DNA of 41,109 nucleotides from Patescibacteria group bacterium (GCA_038064255.1 JBBTTM010000011.1:1-41109); one strand, 5' to 3'; counted from the stretch's first letter, positions 1 through 9,689 are shown. Notes: generated by a model from the sequence alone, not told the origin. Program-made: numbers and translations.

Positions 1-87
1 AAGTAGTCTGTGGTGTGGTTTTTTCCTTTAGGAATAAACCATATCAGAGGTTAATTAAGACCCCTTCGGAGGCCTAAACAAAATTAT

Positions 88-1839
88 ATGATTTTACTCA
101 TTGCATTTGCATTTTTGGCAGGAGTAGTTACTATTCTTTCTCCCTGCATTTTACCGATACTGCCGATTATTCTTTCTTCAACTATTGGTGGTCAAAATAT
201 CGGTAAATCGCGCCCAACGGGAGTAGTTATCGGCTTTATCTTAAGCTTTACTTTCTTCACTCTTTTTCTCTCAACTATAGTCAAATTAAGCGGAATTTCA
301 GCTGATATTCTCAGACTTATTTCTGTAGTAGTCATAGCGGGTTTCGGTGTTTCACTTCTTATTCCCCAGTTTCAAGTATTAGTTGAGAGATTGTTTTCAA
401 AACTGGCAGGATTTATGCCAAGTAGTCAAGGTAGAAACAGCCTGCCTGCTGGCAGGCAGGGTTTTGGCGGTGGTTTACTGATAGGTCTTTCGGTCGGACT
501 TTTGTGGACTCCTTGCGTAGGTCCAATATTGGCGTCAGTTATATCCCTCGCTATTACCGGCACTGTCACTTTTGATGCGTTTCTCATAACCTTGGCATAT
601 GCCCTAGGTACTGCAATTCCTATGTTTCTTATCATGCTTGGTGGACAAAATGCGTTGCGGAGAATTCCTTGGCTTTTTGCAAATACAGCCAATATTCAAA
701 AAGCGTTTGGGGTACTCATGATTCTTACAGCCATTGGGATATTCCTAAATGTTGACCGAAAATTCCAAACATTTATTATAAGCACATTTCCTCAATATGG
801 AGTAGGATTAACCAAGTTTGAAGATAATGAAACAATAAAAAATAAACTAAAAATGATCGGTGGAAACGAGGTAAAAAAAGAAGATATGGGTAAACCAACG
901 TTTAGCTTACCAGAACAGAAAGACCCAAAAGCTCCTGAACTTATTCCAGGCGGGGTATGGTTTAATAGTGACCCGCTCACCCTTGCACAGTTGAAAGGCA
1001 AGGTGATTATTATCGATTTCTGGACGTACACCTGTATCAATTGCCAAAGGACTTTTCCATACTTAAAGAAGTGGTATGAGAAATACAAAGATCAGGGCCT
1101 GGTAATAATTGGTGTGCATTCACCGGAATTTGAATTTGAGAAAAGTGAAAAAAACCTTGCACAAGCAATTAAAGACTTCAAGCTTCCATATCCCATTGTC
1201 CAGGATAATGATTTTGAAACGTGGCGAGCGTATAATAATCATTACTGGCCGGCAAAATATTTTATCGATAAAGACGGAAATATCCGGTATACCCATTTTG
1301 GTGAGGGCGGGTATGATGAGAGCGAGAAATGGATTCAGGAATTATTAAAGGAAACTGGCTCGGTAGATGTGTCAGGAATTATCAAGAATGATCCGGCGGT
1401 ACAGAATTTTGCCCGTACTCCTGAGTCGTACCTTGGGTACGCGAGACTTGATCGATTTTCTTCGCCTGAAAATATATCAGAAAACAAAGAGTCTCTCTAT
1501 ACTGTGCCTTCAGTTCTTTCTGCAAATACATTCGCATATGACGGGAAATGGACTGTCATGAGTGAATATGCAAACCCACAGAAGAACTCACGGTTATTAT
1601 TCAATTTTGATGCTAAAGAAGTTTACCTTGTGATGCGTCCGAAAAAAGATACTGCCAGGATTAAAGTATTGGTAGATGGGAAAGAACAGTATTTTGGAGA
1701 AGATACAAAAGAAGGTAGAGTGACTGTCGATTCAGATAGGCTTTACAAGCTTATCCTTCTCCCCATTCCCGGAAGACACACAATGACTCTTGAGTTTGAA
1801 GATGGAAATGCAGAGCTTTTTGCCTTTACATTTGGTTAG
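88..1839 (+). CDS. DipZ-like fusion protein: CcdA/DsbD-type thiol-disulfide membrane transporter, TlpA/ResA-like thioredoxin domain and a C-terminal beta-rich domain
   Basis: 583-aa ORF. The N-terminal polytopic part has the two Cys-containing helices typical of CcdA/DsbD (LSPCILPILP and LLWTPCVGPIL). The soluble part has a thioredoxin-fold CxxC (WTYTCINCQRT) followed by VIGVHSPEFEFE, as in TlpA/AhpC-TSA proteins. Confidence 0.8.
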   Translation: MILLIAFAFLAGVVTILSPCILPILPIILSSTIGGQNIGKSRPTGVVIGFILSFTFFTLFLSTIVKLSGISADILRLISVVVIAGFGVSLLIPQFQVLVERLFSKLAGFMPSSQGRNSLPAGRQGFGGGLLIGLSVGLLWTPCVGPILASVISLAITGTVTFDAFLITLAYALGTAIPMFLIMLGGQNALRRIPWLFANTANIQKAFGVLMILTAIGIFLNVDRKFQTFIISTFPQYGVGLTKFEDNETIKNKLKMIGGNEVKKEDMGKPTFSLPEQKDPKAPELIPGGVWFNSDPLTLAQLKGKVIIIDFWTYTCINCQRTFPYLKKWYEKYKDQGLVIIGVHSPEFEFEKSEKNLAQAIKDFKLPYPIVQDNDFETWRAYNNHYWPAKYFIDKDGNIRYTHFGEGGYDESEKWIQELLKETGSVDVSGIIKNDPAVQNFARTPESYLGYARLDRFSSPENISENKESLYTVPSVLSANTFAYDGKWTVMSEYANPQKNSRLLFNFDAKEVYLVMRPKKDTARIKVLVDGKEQYFGEDTKEGRVTVDSDRLYKLILLPIPGRHTMTLEFEDGNAELFAFTFG

Positions 1840-1860
1840 TGCCATAGTCTTTCCCCGAGG

Positions 1861-1866
1861 TATAAT
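1861..1866 (+). promoter_or_regulatory. Candidate -10 hexamer (TATAAT) 6 nt upstream of the ATG at 1873; possibly a leaderless or near-leaderless transcript
   Basis: A perfect TATAAT lies at 1861-1866, followed by the spacer acactc and then ATG. There is no Shine-Dalgarno sequence between them and no convincing -35 at 17 bp. Confidence 0.3.
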
Positions 1867-1872
1867 ACACTC

Positions 1873-2307
1873 ATGAGAATTACCGTTTGCGGGAGTATGA
1901 AGTTTTATCAGGAGATGCGGCTTATAAAGGAAAGCATCATCAGGCTCGGGCATACTCCAATTCTTCCAAAAGGTGTAGAAAAAGAAATCCCGATTGAAGC
2001 ACGCGATGATATGTCGATAGATGAAATCGTTGCAGCAAAAATAGAGTACGATTTTATCCGTGAACATTTTCGTAAGATTCAGGACTCGGATGCGATCCTC
2101 GTATTAAATTACAAGAAAAAAGAGATAGAAGGATATATTGGTGGAAATACGTTTCTCGAGATGGGACTCGCATTTTATCTTCAGAAAAAAATATATCTCC
2201 TGCACAACATTCCGGAGATGGAGTATAAGACGGAGATGCATGCGATGCAGCCAATTATATTACGAGGAGATGTAGGAAAAATCAATGAAAACATTGTTGT
2301 TTCATAA
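1873..2307 (+). CDS. Nucleoside 2-deoxyribosyltransferase-like small Rossmann-type protein (tentative)
   Basis: 144-aa ORF. The pattern MRITVCGS ... DSDAILVLN ... GYIGGNTFLEMGLAFYLQKKIYLL resembles the G-x-T-x-x-E-x-G-x-A C-terminal signature of the deoxyribosyltransferase-like fold. This is motif memory only. Confidence 0.4.
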   Translation: MRITVCGSMKFYQEMRLIKESIIRLGHTPILPKGVEKEIPIEARDDMSIDEIVAAKIEYDFIREHFRKIQDSDAILVLNYKKKEIEGYIGGNTFLEMGLAFYLQKKIYLLHNIPEMEYKTEMHAMQPIILRGDVGKINENIVVS

Positions 2308-2355
2308 TAATAGTCGTACTATGCTTGACGGGTTAGCGTGTATGAAGAAAGCATC

Positions 2356-4704
2356 ATGAAAAAACAGAATCTTTTTGCCTATTTTTTCATTTTTCTGATT
2401 GTTGGAATTCTTTTCCATAAATCTATTATTAAAGGATATATACCCTTTCCGGGAGATGTATTATTGTCTTCCTTTAAGCCATGGCAGGTTTCTTCATATG
2501 ATGGGTATGTTGCCGGAAGTATTCCAAATAAAGCGCAGTATCCGGATGTGATCCGCCAGATGTATCCGTGGCGCATTGAAGCTATACGCCAGTGGCAGGA
2601 AGGGAAAGTTCCCCTCTGGAATCCATATAATTTTTCCGGTACTCCGCTTCTTGCAAATTTTCAGTCAGCTGCTATGTATCCTTTGAATAGTATATTCTTA
2701 TTTTTTTCGAAAGTTTGGTCTTGGACGGTTCTCGTCGCGATACAACCGTTGTTTGCACTTTTATTTTCCTATCTTTATTTTCGGTCAATTCGTGTAAGCG
2801 TCCTCGCATCACTTTTTGGTGCGGTATCTTATGGCCTCAGTAATTTTATGACGGTGTGGCTTGAGTACAATACTGTCGGACATATCATGGCATGGTTTCC
2901 TCTACAGTTGTTATCTATAGAAATCATATCGGAAAAAAATAACAGGATTGTATTAGGTTATTCACTTCTTACAGTTTCGGTTTTCTTATCGCTTCTTGCC
3001 GGACATCCACAGGTAGCCTTCTATGCCATTTTTTTTACTACAATGTATGGTTTATTTCGTCTCAAAGGAAGAGAAAGATTATTTACGTATGTCCTAATTT
3101 TATTAGGATTCGGACTCTCTGCAATACAAATAATACCGGGGATTGAACTTATGGGCGTTTCCGCTCGGGCAAATCACTCATATATACAAATGATGAAGGC
3201 AAATCTCATACAACCCTGGCAGACTCTTATGTTGTTTTTCCCAAATCTTTTTGGTAATCCTGTTTCCCGAACATATTGGCTATCAGATACGTACGTAGGC
3301 AAAGTTACATCTATAGGATTGGTGCCATTATTTTTTTTACTTTCGGCAATACGTCTTTGGAAAGTCAGAATAGTACAATTTTTTATCATTGCGACTTTGG
3401 TTATTGGTATCTTTATTACAGTTAACCCGTTCACGTCGTTTTTATATCTATTTCCTCTTCCTTTTATTTCATCCAGCAACCCGACCCTCATGGTATTTTT
3501 ATTTTCTTTTTGTCTTGCAACATTGACATCTTTTGGTATCGATGGATGGAAGAGAGAAACGCATTCCTTGAAAAAGTTGGTGGCTCGTTTTATACAGGTA
3601 TTTATGGGTATTATCGTAATTGCTGCGGTATTTCTTTTGGTTTCGGGACTAAGAACACATGCAGCAGTTGCACTGCGTGCGCTTCTTTATGCGGGTGTAT
3701 TTGCCTTTCTTACATTCGTAGTTTTTTATATTGCAATTCGAAGAAAAAGTTGGATGTCAGGTGTGCTTTGGATACTTCTTCTCATTCATATTGCTGATCT
3801 TTCGTATGCTTTTTTTAAATTCAATCCGTTTGTCCCTTCATCTTATGTTTTTCCTCCGCATGAAATAACTCAGCTCATGGCAGACGGGAAGGAACCCCGG
3901 CGGTTTTGGGGGTATGGTACTGCCGCTATAGATGCAAATCTGGCAACATACTTCCGGGCGTATTCCCCAGATGGATATGATCCGCTTTATCCAAAATGGT
4001 ATGGAGAGTTTATCGGCGCGTCAAAAGACGGGAAGCTTCTTCGTTCTTTTACCAATGATACCCGGTCGGATGCAAGAATTATCTCTGGGTTCGGTGAAAC
4101 GGATTTTCGGGATAATGAGTTTAGAAAACGGATCCTGCGGTCTCTTGGTATTTCCATGATACTAGACAGAGTTGAAAACGGGACAACGGACAAAACATTC
4201 CCTCCAGGAGAATTTGAGCAATCAAAAATATCTGACTGGAGAATCCTAACAGATTTGAAGTCTCCTGCGATAGTGAGAATTGCATCACAGTCAAAAGTCG
4301 GAAAGACCAGAGAAGAATTTGAAAAAATATATTTCCAACCGGATTTTGATGTATCAAAAGATGTGGTATTTCATGATCAGTCACTCCCGGTACTTTCAGG
4401 TTCCGGGAAAATATCGCTCACCGAATACAGATCTGACAGGATTTCAGCATCCACTGAGACTGATGGTACTACCATGATGCTTTCGGCCAGTACATATTAT
4501 CCAGGATGGCGGGCATATATAGACGGAAAGGAAGCACCTCTCCTTCGGGTCAACTGGACGATGAGTGGAGTTATTTTATCTTCGGGGAAACATGATGTAC
4601 TATTGCGTTATGAACCAGATTCGTTTAGATTGGGTCTCTGGGTGAGCGTTCTCTCGTTATTTTTATTTTTCTGCTCACTGATATACAGTAAAAAAATTTC
4701 ATGA
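2356..4704 (+). CDS. YfhO-like polytopic membrane glycosyltransferase
   Basis: Large ORF (track 2338..4704, GTG start; ATG at 2356 gives MKKQNLFAYFF). It has many N-terminal TM helices and a soluble C-terminal domain ending in a final TM helix, which is the YfhO architecture. It is coupled by an ATGA overlap to the next glycosyltransferase. Confidence 0.55.
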   Translation: MKKQNLFAYFFIFLIVGILFHKSIIKGYIPFPGDVLLSSFKPWQVSSYDGYVAGSIPNKAQYPDVIRQMYPWRIEAIRQWQEGKVPLWNPYNFSGTPLLANFQSAAMYPLNSIFLFFSKVWSWTVLVAIQPLFALLFSYLYFRSIRVSVLASLFGAVSYGLSNFMTVWLEYNTVGHIMAWFPLQLLSIEIISEKNNRIVLGYSLLTVSVFLSLLAGHPQVAFYAIFFTTMYGLFRLKGRERLFTYVLILLGFGLSAIQIIPGIELMGVSARANHSYIQMMKANLIQPWQTLMLFFPNLFGNPVSRTYWLSDTYVGKVTSIGLVPLFFLLSAIRLWKVRIVQFFIIATLVIGIFITVNPFTSFLYLFPLPFISSSNPTLMVFLFSFCLATLTSFGIDGWKRETHSLKKLVARFIQVFMGIIVIAAVFLLVSGLRTHAAVALRALLYAGVFAFLTFVVFYIAIRRKSWMSGVLWILLLIHIADLSYAFFKFNPFVPSSYVFPPHEITQLMADGKEPRRFWGYGTAAIDANLATYFRAYSPDGYDPLYPKWYGEFIGASKDGKLLRSFTNDTRSDARIISGFGETDFRDNEFRKRILRSLGISMILDRVENGTTDKTFPPGEFEQSKISDWRILTDLKSPAIVRIASQSKVGKTREEFEKIYFQPDFDVSKDVVFHDQSLPVLSGSGKISLTEYRSDRISASTETDGTTMMLSASTYYPGWRAYIDGKEAPLLRVNWTMSGVILSSGKHDVLLRYEPDSFRLGLWVSVLSLFLFFCSLIYSKKIS

Positions 4705-6356
4705 AATTTTTTCAGAAATTATTATTCATCTGCATTATTTTCCTTGCGTTTATGTTTCGATTTTATCGTCTTGCTGAAATTCCTCCGGGAGTAAATAGAG
4801 ACGAAGCAAGTATCGGGTATACGGCATATTCATTGATGCAAACTGGAAAAGATGAATATGGCAAGTTGTTTCCACTTTCGTTTGAATCTTTTGGAGACTG
4901 GAAACTTCCTCTCTATATATATTCAACGATTCCATTTGTGAAGATATTTGGTATGACTGAGGTTGCTGTTCGTTTGCCTTCGGTGCTTGCAGGCACTCTC
5001 ACAGTTGGCGTGTTGTTTGTGCTGGTGCGTATGCTATTTGGATATACATATCTTGCACTTTTATCTTCATTGATTCTGACATTGAGCCCCTGGCATATTC
5101 ACATTTCTCGGGTAGAATCAGAATCAAATGTTGCGATTTTCTTTGTGACCCTTGGCACAGTGATGTTTCTGAAAGCATTGGCTTCAAGACGATTCATATT
5201 ACTGATGATATCCGGTCTCCTTTTCGTTGCTACATATTATACATACCACGGAAATCATATTTTTACTTCCCTCTATGCTGTAGGAATGCTTATGCTTTAT
5301 CGCAGGGAAGTGTTTAAAATTCCGCAATGGTTTATAGCTGCAGGAATTTCGTTTATTTTTTTGGCTATTATTCTGACATTTACATTATTTAGCGCAAATA
5401 AAACTAAAATCTCTGGAATTGGTATTTTTGGAAATCCGAATGTGGTTCATGAAAAAATGGAACTTCCCCGCCTAGGGCATCAGAATCCGGATTCGTTTTT
5501 TTCAAGAATTATTCACAATAGACCTGTCTATACGATTGTAACTATGGGTCAAAATTACTTGAAATCATACTCTCCTGAATTTTTATTCATTAAGGGCGGC
5601 AATAACCACGCTCACAATATAGAAGGGTATGCGAATATGCATCTGTTTGAAAGCATCTTTGTCTTTCTCGGAGTAGTTTTTGTATTTATGAATATAAAAA
5701 AGAGACAATATATACTTCTTTTATGGTGGTTCATCGTTGCAGGCGTTGCACCAGCAATAACCAAAGACGCACCACATAGCAATCGAATGTTTATTGTGAC
5801 TCCAGCACTTTCAATGATCGTTGCTTTGGGAATGAATTATATTTCAGTATTAATGCATTCGAGATGGAAGCTATTGTTACCGATCGTAGTCACGGCTGCA
5901 TATATAGGATCACTTATGCTCTATGCAGATGCATACACGGTTCATTTTCCTTTAAAAGAAGCACAATATTGGGGTTCGTCATATAAACAATTATCTGCAT
6001 TCTTGAACAAGTCTGAGTATGAAAATAAACAGGTGATTATGACGTCGCCTGAGTCATCGCCCTATATATATCTGCTGTTTTATGGAAATTATAGTCCTGT
6101 AAAATACCAGAGAGAAGCAGCGAGATATTCTCTTTCTCGGGATGGATTCAGAGATGTGTCAGGATTTGGAAGATTCTCTTTTCGACCGATCGACTGGGGA
6201 AGAGACCCTTTTGCTCCAAATACCCTTTTGGTTTCGGATATAAAGGAAGTACCTATGGAATTAATTTCCAATATAAAAACAACCATATTTCTTCCGGACG
6301 GTTCAGCGCAATTTGCAGTCATTGAAGCCCCGATACCCATAGTGTTAAAAAAATGA
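4701..6356 (+). CDS. ArnT/PMT-type (GT39/GT83-like) polyprenyl-phosphate-sugar dependent glycosyltransferase
   Basis: 551-aa polytopic protein. The N-terminal loop NRDEASIGYTAYSLMQTGKDEYGKLFPLSFESFGDWKLPLYIY is typical of the PMT_2/ArnT family. It has a 4-nt overlap with the upstream gene. Confidence 0.7.
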   Translation: MKFFQKLLFICIIFLAFMFRFYRLAEIPPGVNRDEASIGYTAYSLMQTGKDEYGKLFPLSFESFGDWKLPLYIYSTIPFVKIFGMTEVAVRLPSVLAGTLTVGVLFVLVRMLFGYTYLALLSSLILTLSPWHIHISRVESESNVAIFFVTLGTVMFLKALASRRFILLMISGLLFVATYYTYHGNHIFTSLYAVGMLMLYRREVFKIPQWFIAAGISFIFLAIILTFTLFSANKTKISGIGIFGNPNVVHEKMELPRLGHQNPDSFFSRIIHNRPVYTIVTMGQNYLKSYSPEFLFIKGGNNHAHNIEGYANMHLFESIFVFLGVVFVFMNIKKRQYILLLWWFIVAGVAPAITKDAPHSNRMFIVTPALSMIVALGMNYISVLMHSRWKLLLPIVVTAAYIGSLMLYADAYTVHFPLKEAQYWGSSYKQLSAFLNKSEYENKQVIMTSPESSPYIYLLFYGNYSPVKYQREAARYSLSRDGFRDVSGFGRFSFRPIDWGRDPFAPNTLLVSDIKEVPMELISNIKTTIFLPDGSAQFAVIEAPIPIVLKK

Positions 6357-6401
6357 ATTGGTATTTCATACCGGATATTTTTGGTAACATGCAAGGAAGT
6401 A

Positions 6402-6473
6402 GCTTCTGTATTTCAATGGATAGAATATAGCCCTCCGAAGGCTGAGATTGCAGTTCGACTCTGCACAGAAGCG
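6402..6473 (+). tRNA. tRNA-Arg (anticodon CCG)
   Basis: Hand-folded cloverleaf. The acceptor stem pairs gcttctg with cagaagc. The D arm pairs ttc with gaa and has a GG in the loop. The anticodon stem pairs tagcc with ggctg, with loop ctCCGaa. The T arm pairs tgcag with ctgca, with loop ttcgact. The discriminator is g, and CCA is not encoded. Confidence 0.8.
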
Positions 6474-6492
6474 CTAAATAGTTTCGATAAAT

Positions 6493-6562
6493 GAGATTGC
6501 AGTTCCCCGCCTGCAAACGCCTGAGTGCGTAGCGATGGCGGGCAGGGACTCTGCACAGAAGC
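6493..6562 (+). repeat. Direct duplication of the 3' end of tRNA-Arg (variable loop, T arm and acceptor 3' strand), interrupted in the T loop by a 43-nt GC-rich hairpin
   Basis: gagattgcagtt (6493-6504) and actctgcacagaagc (6548-6562) match tRNA positions 6444-6472 and flank ccccgcctgcaaacgcctgagtgcgtagcgatggcgggcaggg. No matching 5' acceptor strand accompanies this second copy. Confidence 0.7.
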
Positions 6563-6564
6563 AC

Positions 6565-7461
6565 ATGGATAAAAAATCAAATTATTCTCTCGGTTCTCTT
6601 GCACTTCTTTCCGCGGGCATAGTCGGCGCGTTTGCGGGATTAGGAGCAAAGATTGCATTGAGGGAGTTACCGCCCTTTACTATTCTTTTTACCAGAATTA
6701 TCATCATGCTCGTCGTTCTTTTTCCGTTTGTTTCCCGGAAACTCTCGGTGTTTAAAACACATTGGAAGTCGCTCCTTCTTCTTGGTCTTTTCTGGTCGGG
6801 AAATGTCGCATTTTTTATTGTCGGCATTCGATATACTACGGTATTATCATCAGGCGTGCTTTATGCCGGTGTTCCGCTTCTGACACTGGTTGAGTCTATG
6901 ATTCTTCTGCATACACGTCCAAAGAGAAACCAAATTATCGGAATATCTCTTGGATTACTCGGTATGGGTATATTATTTATGGATTCGGTAAAGGATTTAT
7001 CCTTTGGATTGTTTCAGGGAAATGTGCTTATATTTATTGCAACATTGTCCTGGTCGCTGTATCTATTATATTCCAAGAAATTAAGTGCGAAGATTGATCC
7101 GATTGTGTTGACGGTTTCTTCCGCAGTCGTTGCAAGCATCATTGTTGGATTACTTATGGTATTGTTTGAAGGATATCTGCCGTTTCTATCCATCGGAAGA
7201 TTGCACTTAGAAACCCAGATGGCGCTTTTATTTTTAGGTCTTGGCATTGGAGTCGGTATGATATTTCTGTATCAATATGGTATAAAATACGGATCTGTTG
7301 TTATGGCAAGTATGATGCTTTATATTGGTACGGTTGTCGGAGGACTCACTGGTATAGTCTTTTTACAAGAGAGTCTTACTCTGAAATTTATTATCGGTTC
7401 CCTATGTATATTAATGGGAGTATACTGGGTAGGAATTTCAAAACAAAGGAGTGAGTCATGA
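6565..7461 (+). CDS. EamA/DMT family permease
   Basis: About 10 TM helices in two EamA-like halves. The track ORF starts at 6535 inside the tRNA-derived repeat, so the ATG at 6565 (MDKKSNYSL) is the more plausible start. Confidence 0.75.
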   Translation: MDKKSNYSLGSLALLSAGIVGAFAGLGAKIALRELPPFTILFTRIIIMLVVLFPFVSRKLSVFKTHWKSLLLLGLFWSGNVAFFIVGIRYTTVLSSGVLYAGVPLLTLVESMILLHTRPKRNQIIGISLGLLGMGILFMDSVKDLSFGLFQGNVLIFIATLSWSLYLLYSKKLSAKIDPIVLTVSSAVVASIIVGLLMVLFEGYLPFLSIGRLHLETQMALLFLGLGIGVGMIFLYQYGIKYGSVVMASMMLYIGTVVGGLTGIVFLQESLTLKFIIGSLCILMGVYWVGISKQRSES

Positions 7462-8267
7462 TAAAATTTATACGTTTAGGTATTGGTATTATTTCTTTAT
7501 TTTCATTATTTTTTGTAATTCGAACTCACATATATGCACACGGCGGTGAAGTTCAGTATGTAAAAATAAACAAACAATATATTCCTGAGAATCCTATTGT
7601 AGGTACTATTACCCCTTCAAAATTTACAGTCGGATCTGAAAGTACCACCTCTGCGTATCTTGTCGGAAAAGAGATGCTTTTTGAAATTGACGAGGAAATC
7701 TTTCCGAATTCATCTCCATCTGTGAGACCGATATTTCAGTGGGATTTTTCAGACGGGGGAGAAAAAGCTGAGGGTTCGTCTGTTCGTCATATCTATAAAA
7801 AACCTGGAACGTATATAGTAAAAATTCTTGCGAAGTTTCAGGGAAAAGAAGATGAATTTAAACAGGTAAATACTGTTCAAATTGATGTTATGCCGGAGGA
7901 AAAATATATTCGTCCACGTGCCCGCATAATAGTAAATGGAAAAGAAGTTGAGAACTCAACGCGGGATGTGGTAACTCTCAGTCCAGGTAGAAACATTCTA
8001 TTTGATGCCTCAAAATCGCTAGGAAATATTAAAACATATGAGTGGGATTTTGGTGATTCAAATGGAGGGAAAACTTCCAGAGTATCTCATAGATATCCGA
8101 GGGATGAATTTTATCCTGTGGCAGTTTTGAGAGTAACAGATGATCTGGGTATTTCAAATGATACATATGTATCTCTCGATATGCCATATGTGAATTTAAA
8201 TATTGTCACTAGGCTTTTTTACAGTGTATATGATTTTATAGTCGGTTCTATATTGAAGTTATACTAA
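7458..8267 (+). CDS. Membrane-anchored or secreted protein with two PKD-like domains
   Basis: N-terminal hydrophobic helix, then two repeats with the PKD signature (WDFSDGG...HIYKKPGTYIVKI and WDFGDSNGG...HRYPRDEFYPVAVLRVTDDLG). ATGA overlap with the upstream permease. Confidence 0.7.
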   Translation: MIKFIRLGIGIISLFSLFFVIRTHIYAHGGEVQYVKINKQYIPENPIVGTITPSKFTVGSESTTSAYLVGKEMLFEIDEEIFPNSSPSVRPIFQWDFSDGGEKAEGSSVRHIYKKPGTYIVKILAKFQGKEDEFKQVNTVQIDVMPEEKYIRPRARIIVNGKEVENSTRDVVTLSPGRNILFDASKSLGNIKTYEWDFGDSNGGKTSRVSHRYPRDEFYPVAVLRVTDDLGISNDTYVSLDMPYVNLNIVTRLFYSVYDFIVGSILKLY

Positions 8268-8317
8268 CTTTTTAGTAGAGCCTAGTTTGTACGATAAATT
8301 CGTTCGGCAGAGTGACT

Positions 8318-8740
8318 TCATACTGAGAGAGAATTTTTACACGAAGAACAGAGGCCGAAAAATTCCAGTGCATGTGTTATCACGGAAAATCCTGTCTCTT
8401 TTTCTATGGATTGTTTTGTTTTTGGATCTAGACAGTCCGAGATATCTTTTACTGTGCCGCACTTGGTACAGACGATATGGTGATGGTGGGGAAGTGCCGC
8501 CAGTTCATATCTGAATTTTCCTTCATGGAGGTCGACTTGGCGGATAATGTGATTATCGAGAAGTATATGGATGATTCTATAGAGTGTCGCCTGGTCTATC
8601 TTGAGATTTTTTATGATCGGAGTATCCTCTATGTCCTGTATAGAGACAGGAGTTTTTTCATGAAAAATATATTCGAGAACAGCCTCGCGCGCCTTCGTTT
8701 TTTTTAAGTTTGCTGTAGACAACGTGAGCGCGACATTCAT
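8318..8740 (-). CDS. Fur-family metalloregulator (Fur/Zur/PerR type)
   Basis: A winged-helix N-terminus (QATLYRIIHILLDNHII) is followed by HHHHIVCTKCGTVKDI ... GLCSSC, giving CxxC...CxxC plus a His cluster typical of Fur. The likely start is the ATG at 8740 (MNVALTL); the track ORF extends to 8773. Confidence 0.75.
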   Translation of the reverse strand: MNVALTLSTANLKKTKAREAVLEYIFHEKTPVSIQDIEDTPIIKNLKIDQATLYRIIHILLDNHIIRQVDLHEGKFRYELAALPHHHHIVCTKCGTVKDISDCLDPKTKQSIEKETGFSVITHALEFFGLCSSCKNSLSV

Positions 8741-8848
8741 AGGAGAGATTATAGCACTCTCGCAGCTTCTCAATAACGCCCATTTAAACTAGTCTGTTTT
8801 TGTTATAAATTTTTTTGGTTTTTTAGTTTTCATATTTTTTGCATCTTT

Positions 8849-8879
8849 TTCGCGATCTACCTGCGGACTTCGTCCGTAC
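8849..8879. repeat. Copy of the GC-rich hairpin repeat (ttcgcgat-N-gcggac-NNN-gtccg)
   Basis: ttcgcgatctacctgcggacttcgtccgtac resembles the two copies at 14198-14237 and 14325-14364. It contains the hairpin gcggac/gtccgt. Confidence 0.5.
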
Positions 8880-8993
8880 TCCGACGCTGAAGCCTTGGCG
8901 TATGATGGCGGAGAACTAACAAAGTTAGAACTTATTTCATGACTGCAATGATTCTCTCAAAGCAATTGAATTATATCCTGTTTTAAAAAATAA

Positions 8994-9689
8994 CTAACTA
9001 ATTTTTCTCAAGTAATTTTGACGATGAAATTTAACGTTTCTTGAATTTGTTGCTAAATCTATAAAAATATTTACTCCGTCAATAACTCCCAAACGATTCC
9101 GGACAATATACGTGATCCCGTTAATTACTGCTATGTGATACGAAGTAATAGCATTATGAAAAATTTCTTTGACTACTTTTTCTATTTCACTTGCGTTTAA
9201 CGTTGTATCTATATCAATTTGAATATGTGGAAGGAAGTAATCGGTTTGTGGGTCATCTGCCTCAACCGGAACGAATTCGAGAAGTGGGTTCTCCCAGACC
9301 TCGGAATTACCTAAGAATAACCATAACCCAAAATCATTCGATTCTTCTTCATACAGGTATTGGTCTGTTTTTCTTGCTAAATCTATTAACCTTTGTCTTT
9401 CAATTTGTTGAGATTTGACTCGATAACCAAAACCAACATGGTTAAGCCTAACAATAGAATTATTACTATCCAAAGCAGTTATAAAATTTTTTAATAAAAT
9501 TAAATCTACTAACCCATCCTTTAATTTGCTTTTTTGATTAAATAAAATCGGAGTTACGTTTCCAATAGGAGTAATTACTTGTGAATCATCAACCGTAACT
9601 GGACAATTACTAGACTCTAAATTTTTACATGAAGATAGGATCTGAAAAATTTCCTCAAGAGTCTGATATAAATTTTTTGTTTTTGCCAT
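8994..9689 (-). CDS. Hypothetical protein (orphan, very AT-rich gene)
   Basis: 231-aa ORF with no motif I can assign. It is visibly more AT-rich than its neighbours. It sits between a weak repeat copy (8896-8939) and the tRNA-fragment repeat at 9717-9744. Confidence 0.5.
   Translation of the reverse strand: MAKTKNLYQTLEEIFQILSSCKNLESSNCPVTVDDSQVITPIGNVTPILFNQKSKLKDGLVDLILLKNFITALDSNNSIVRLNHVGFGYRVKSQQIERQRLIDLARKTDQYLYEEESNDFGLWLFLGNSEVWENPLLEFVPVEADDPQTDYFLPHIQIDIDTTLNASEIEKVVKEIFHNAITSYHIAVINGITYIVRNRLGVIDGVNIFIDLATNSRNVKFHRQNYLRKIS

Noticed and set aside
6475-6563. A possible second functional tRNA, or an intron-containing tRNA
   Set aside because: Only the 3' strands (variable loop, T arm, acceptor 3' strand) are duplicated. 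There is no 5' acceptor strand, D arm or anticodon arm. A 43-nt insertion in the T loop is not a known intron position. It is treated as a repeat or scar.
6535-6564. ATG at 6535 as the start of the EamA permease
   Set aside because: The first 10 codons are encoded by the tRNA-derived repeat and its hairpin insert (MAGRDSAQKH). The ATG at 6565 gives a typical short cytoplasmic N-terminus.
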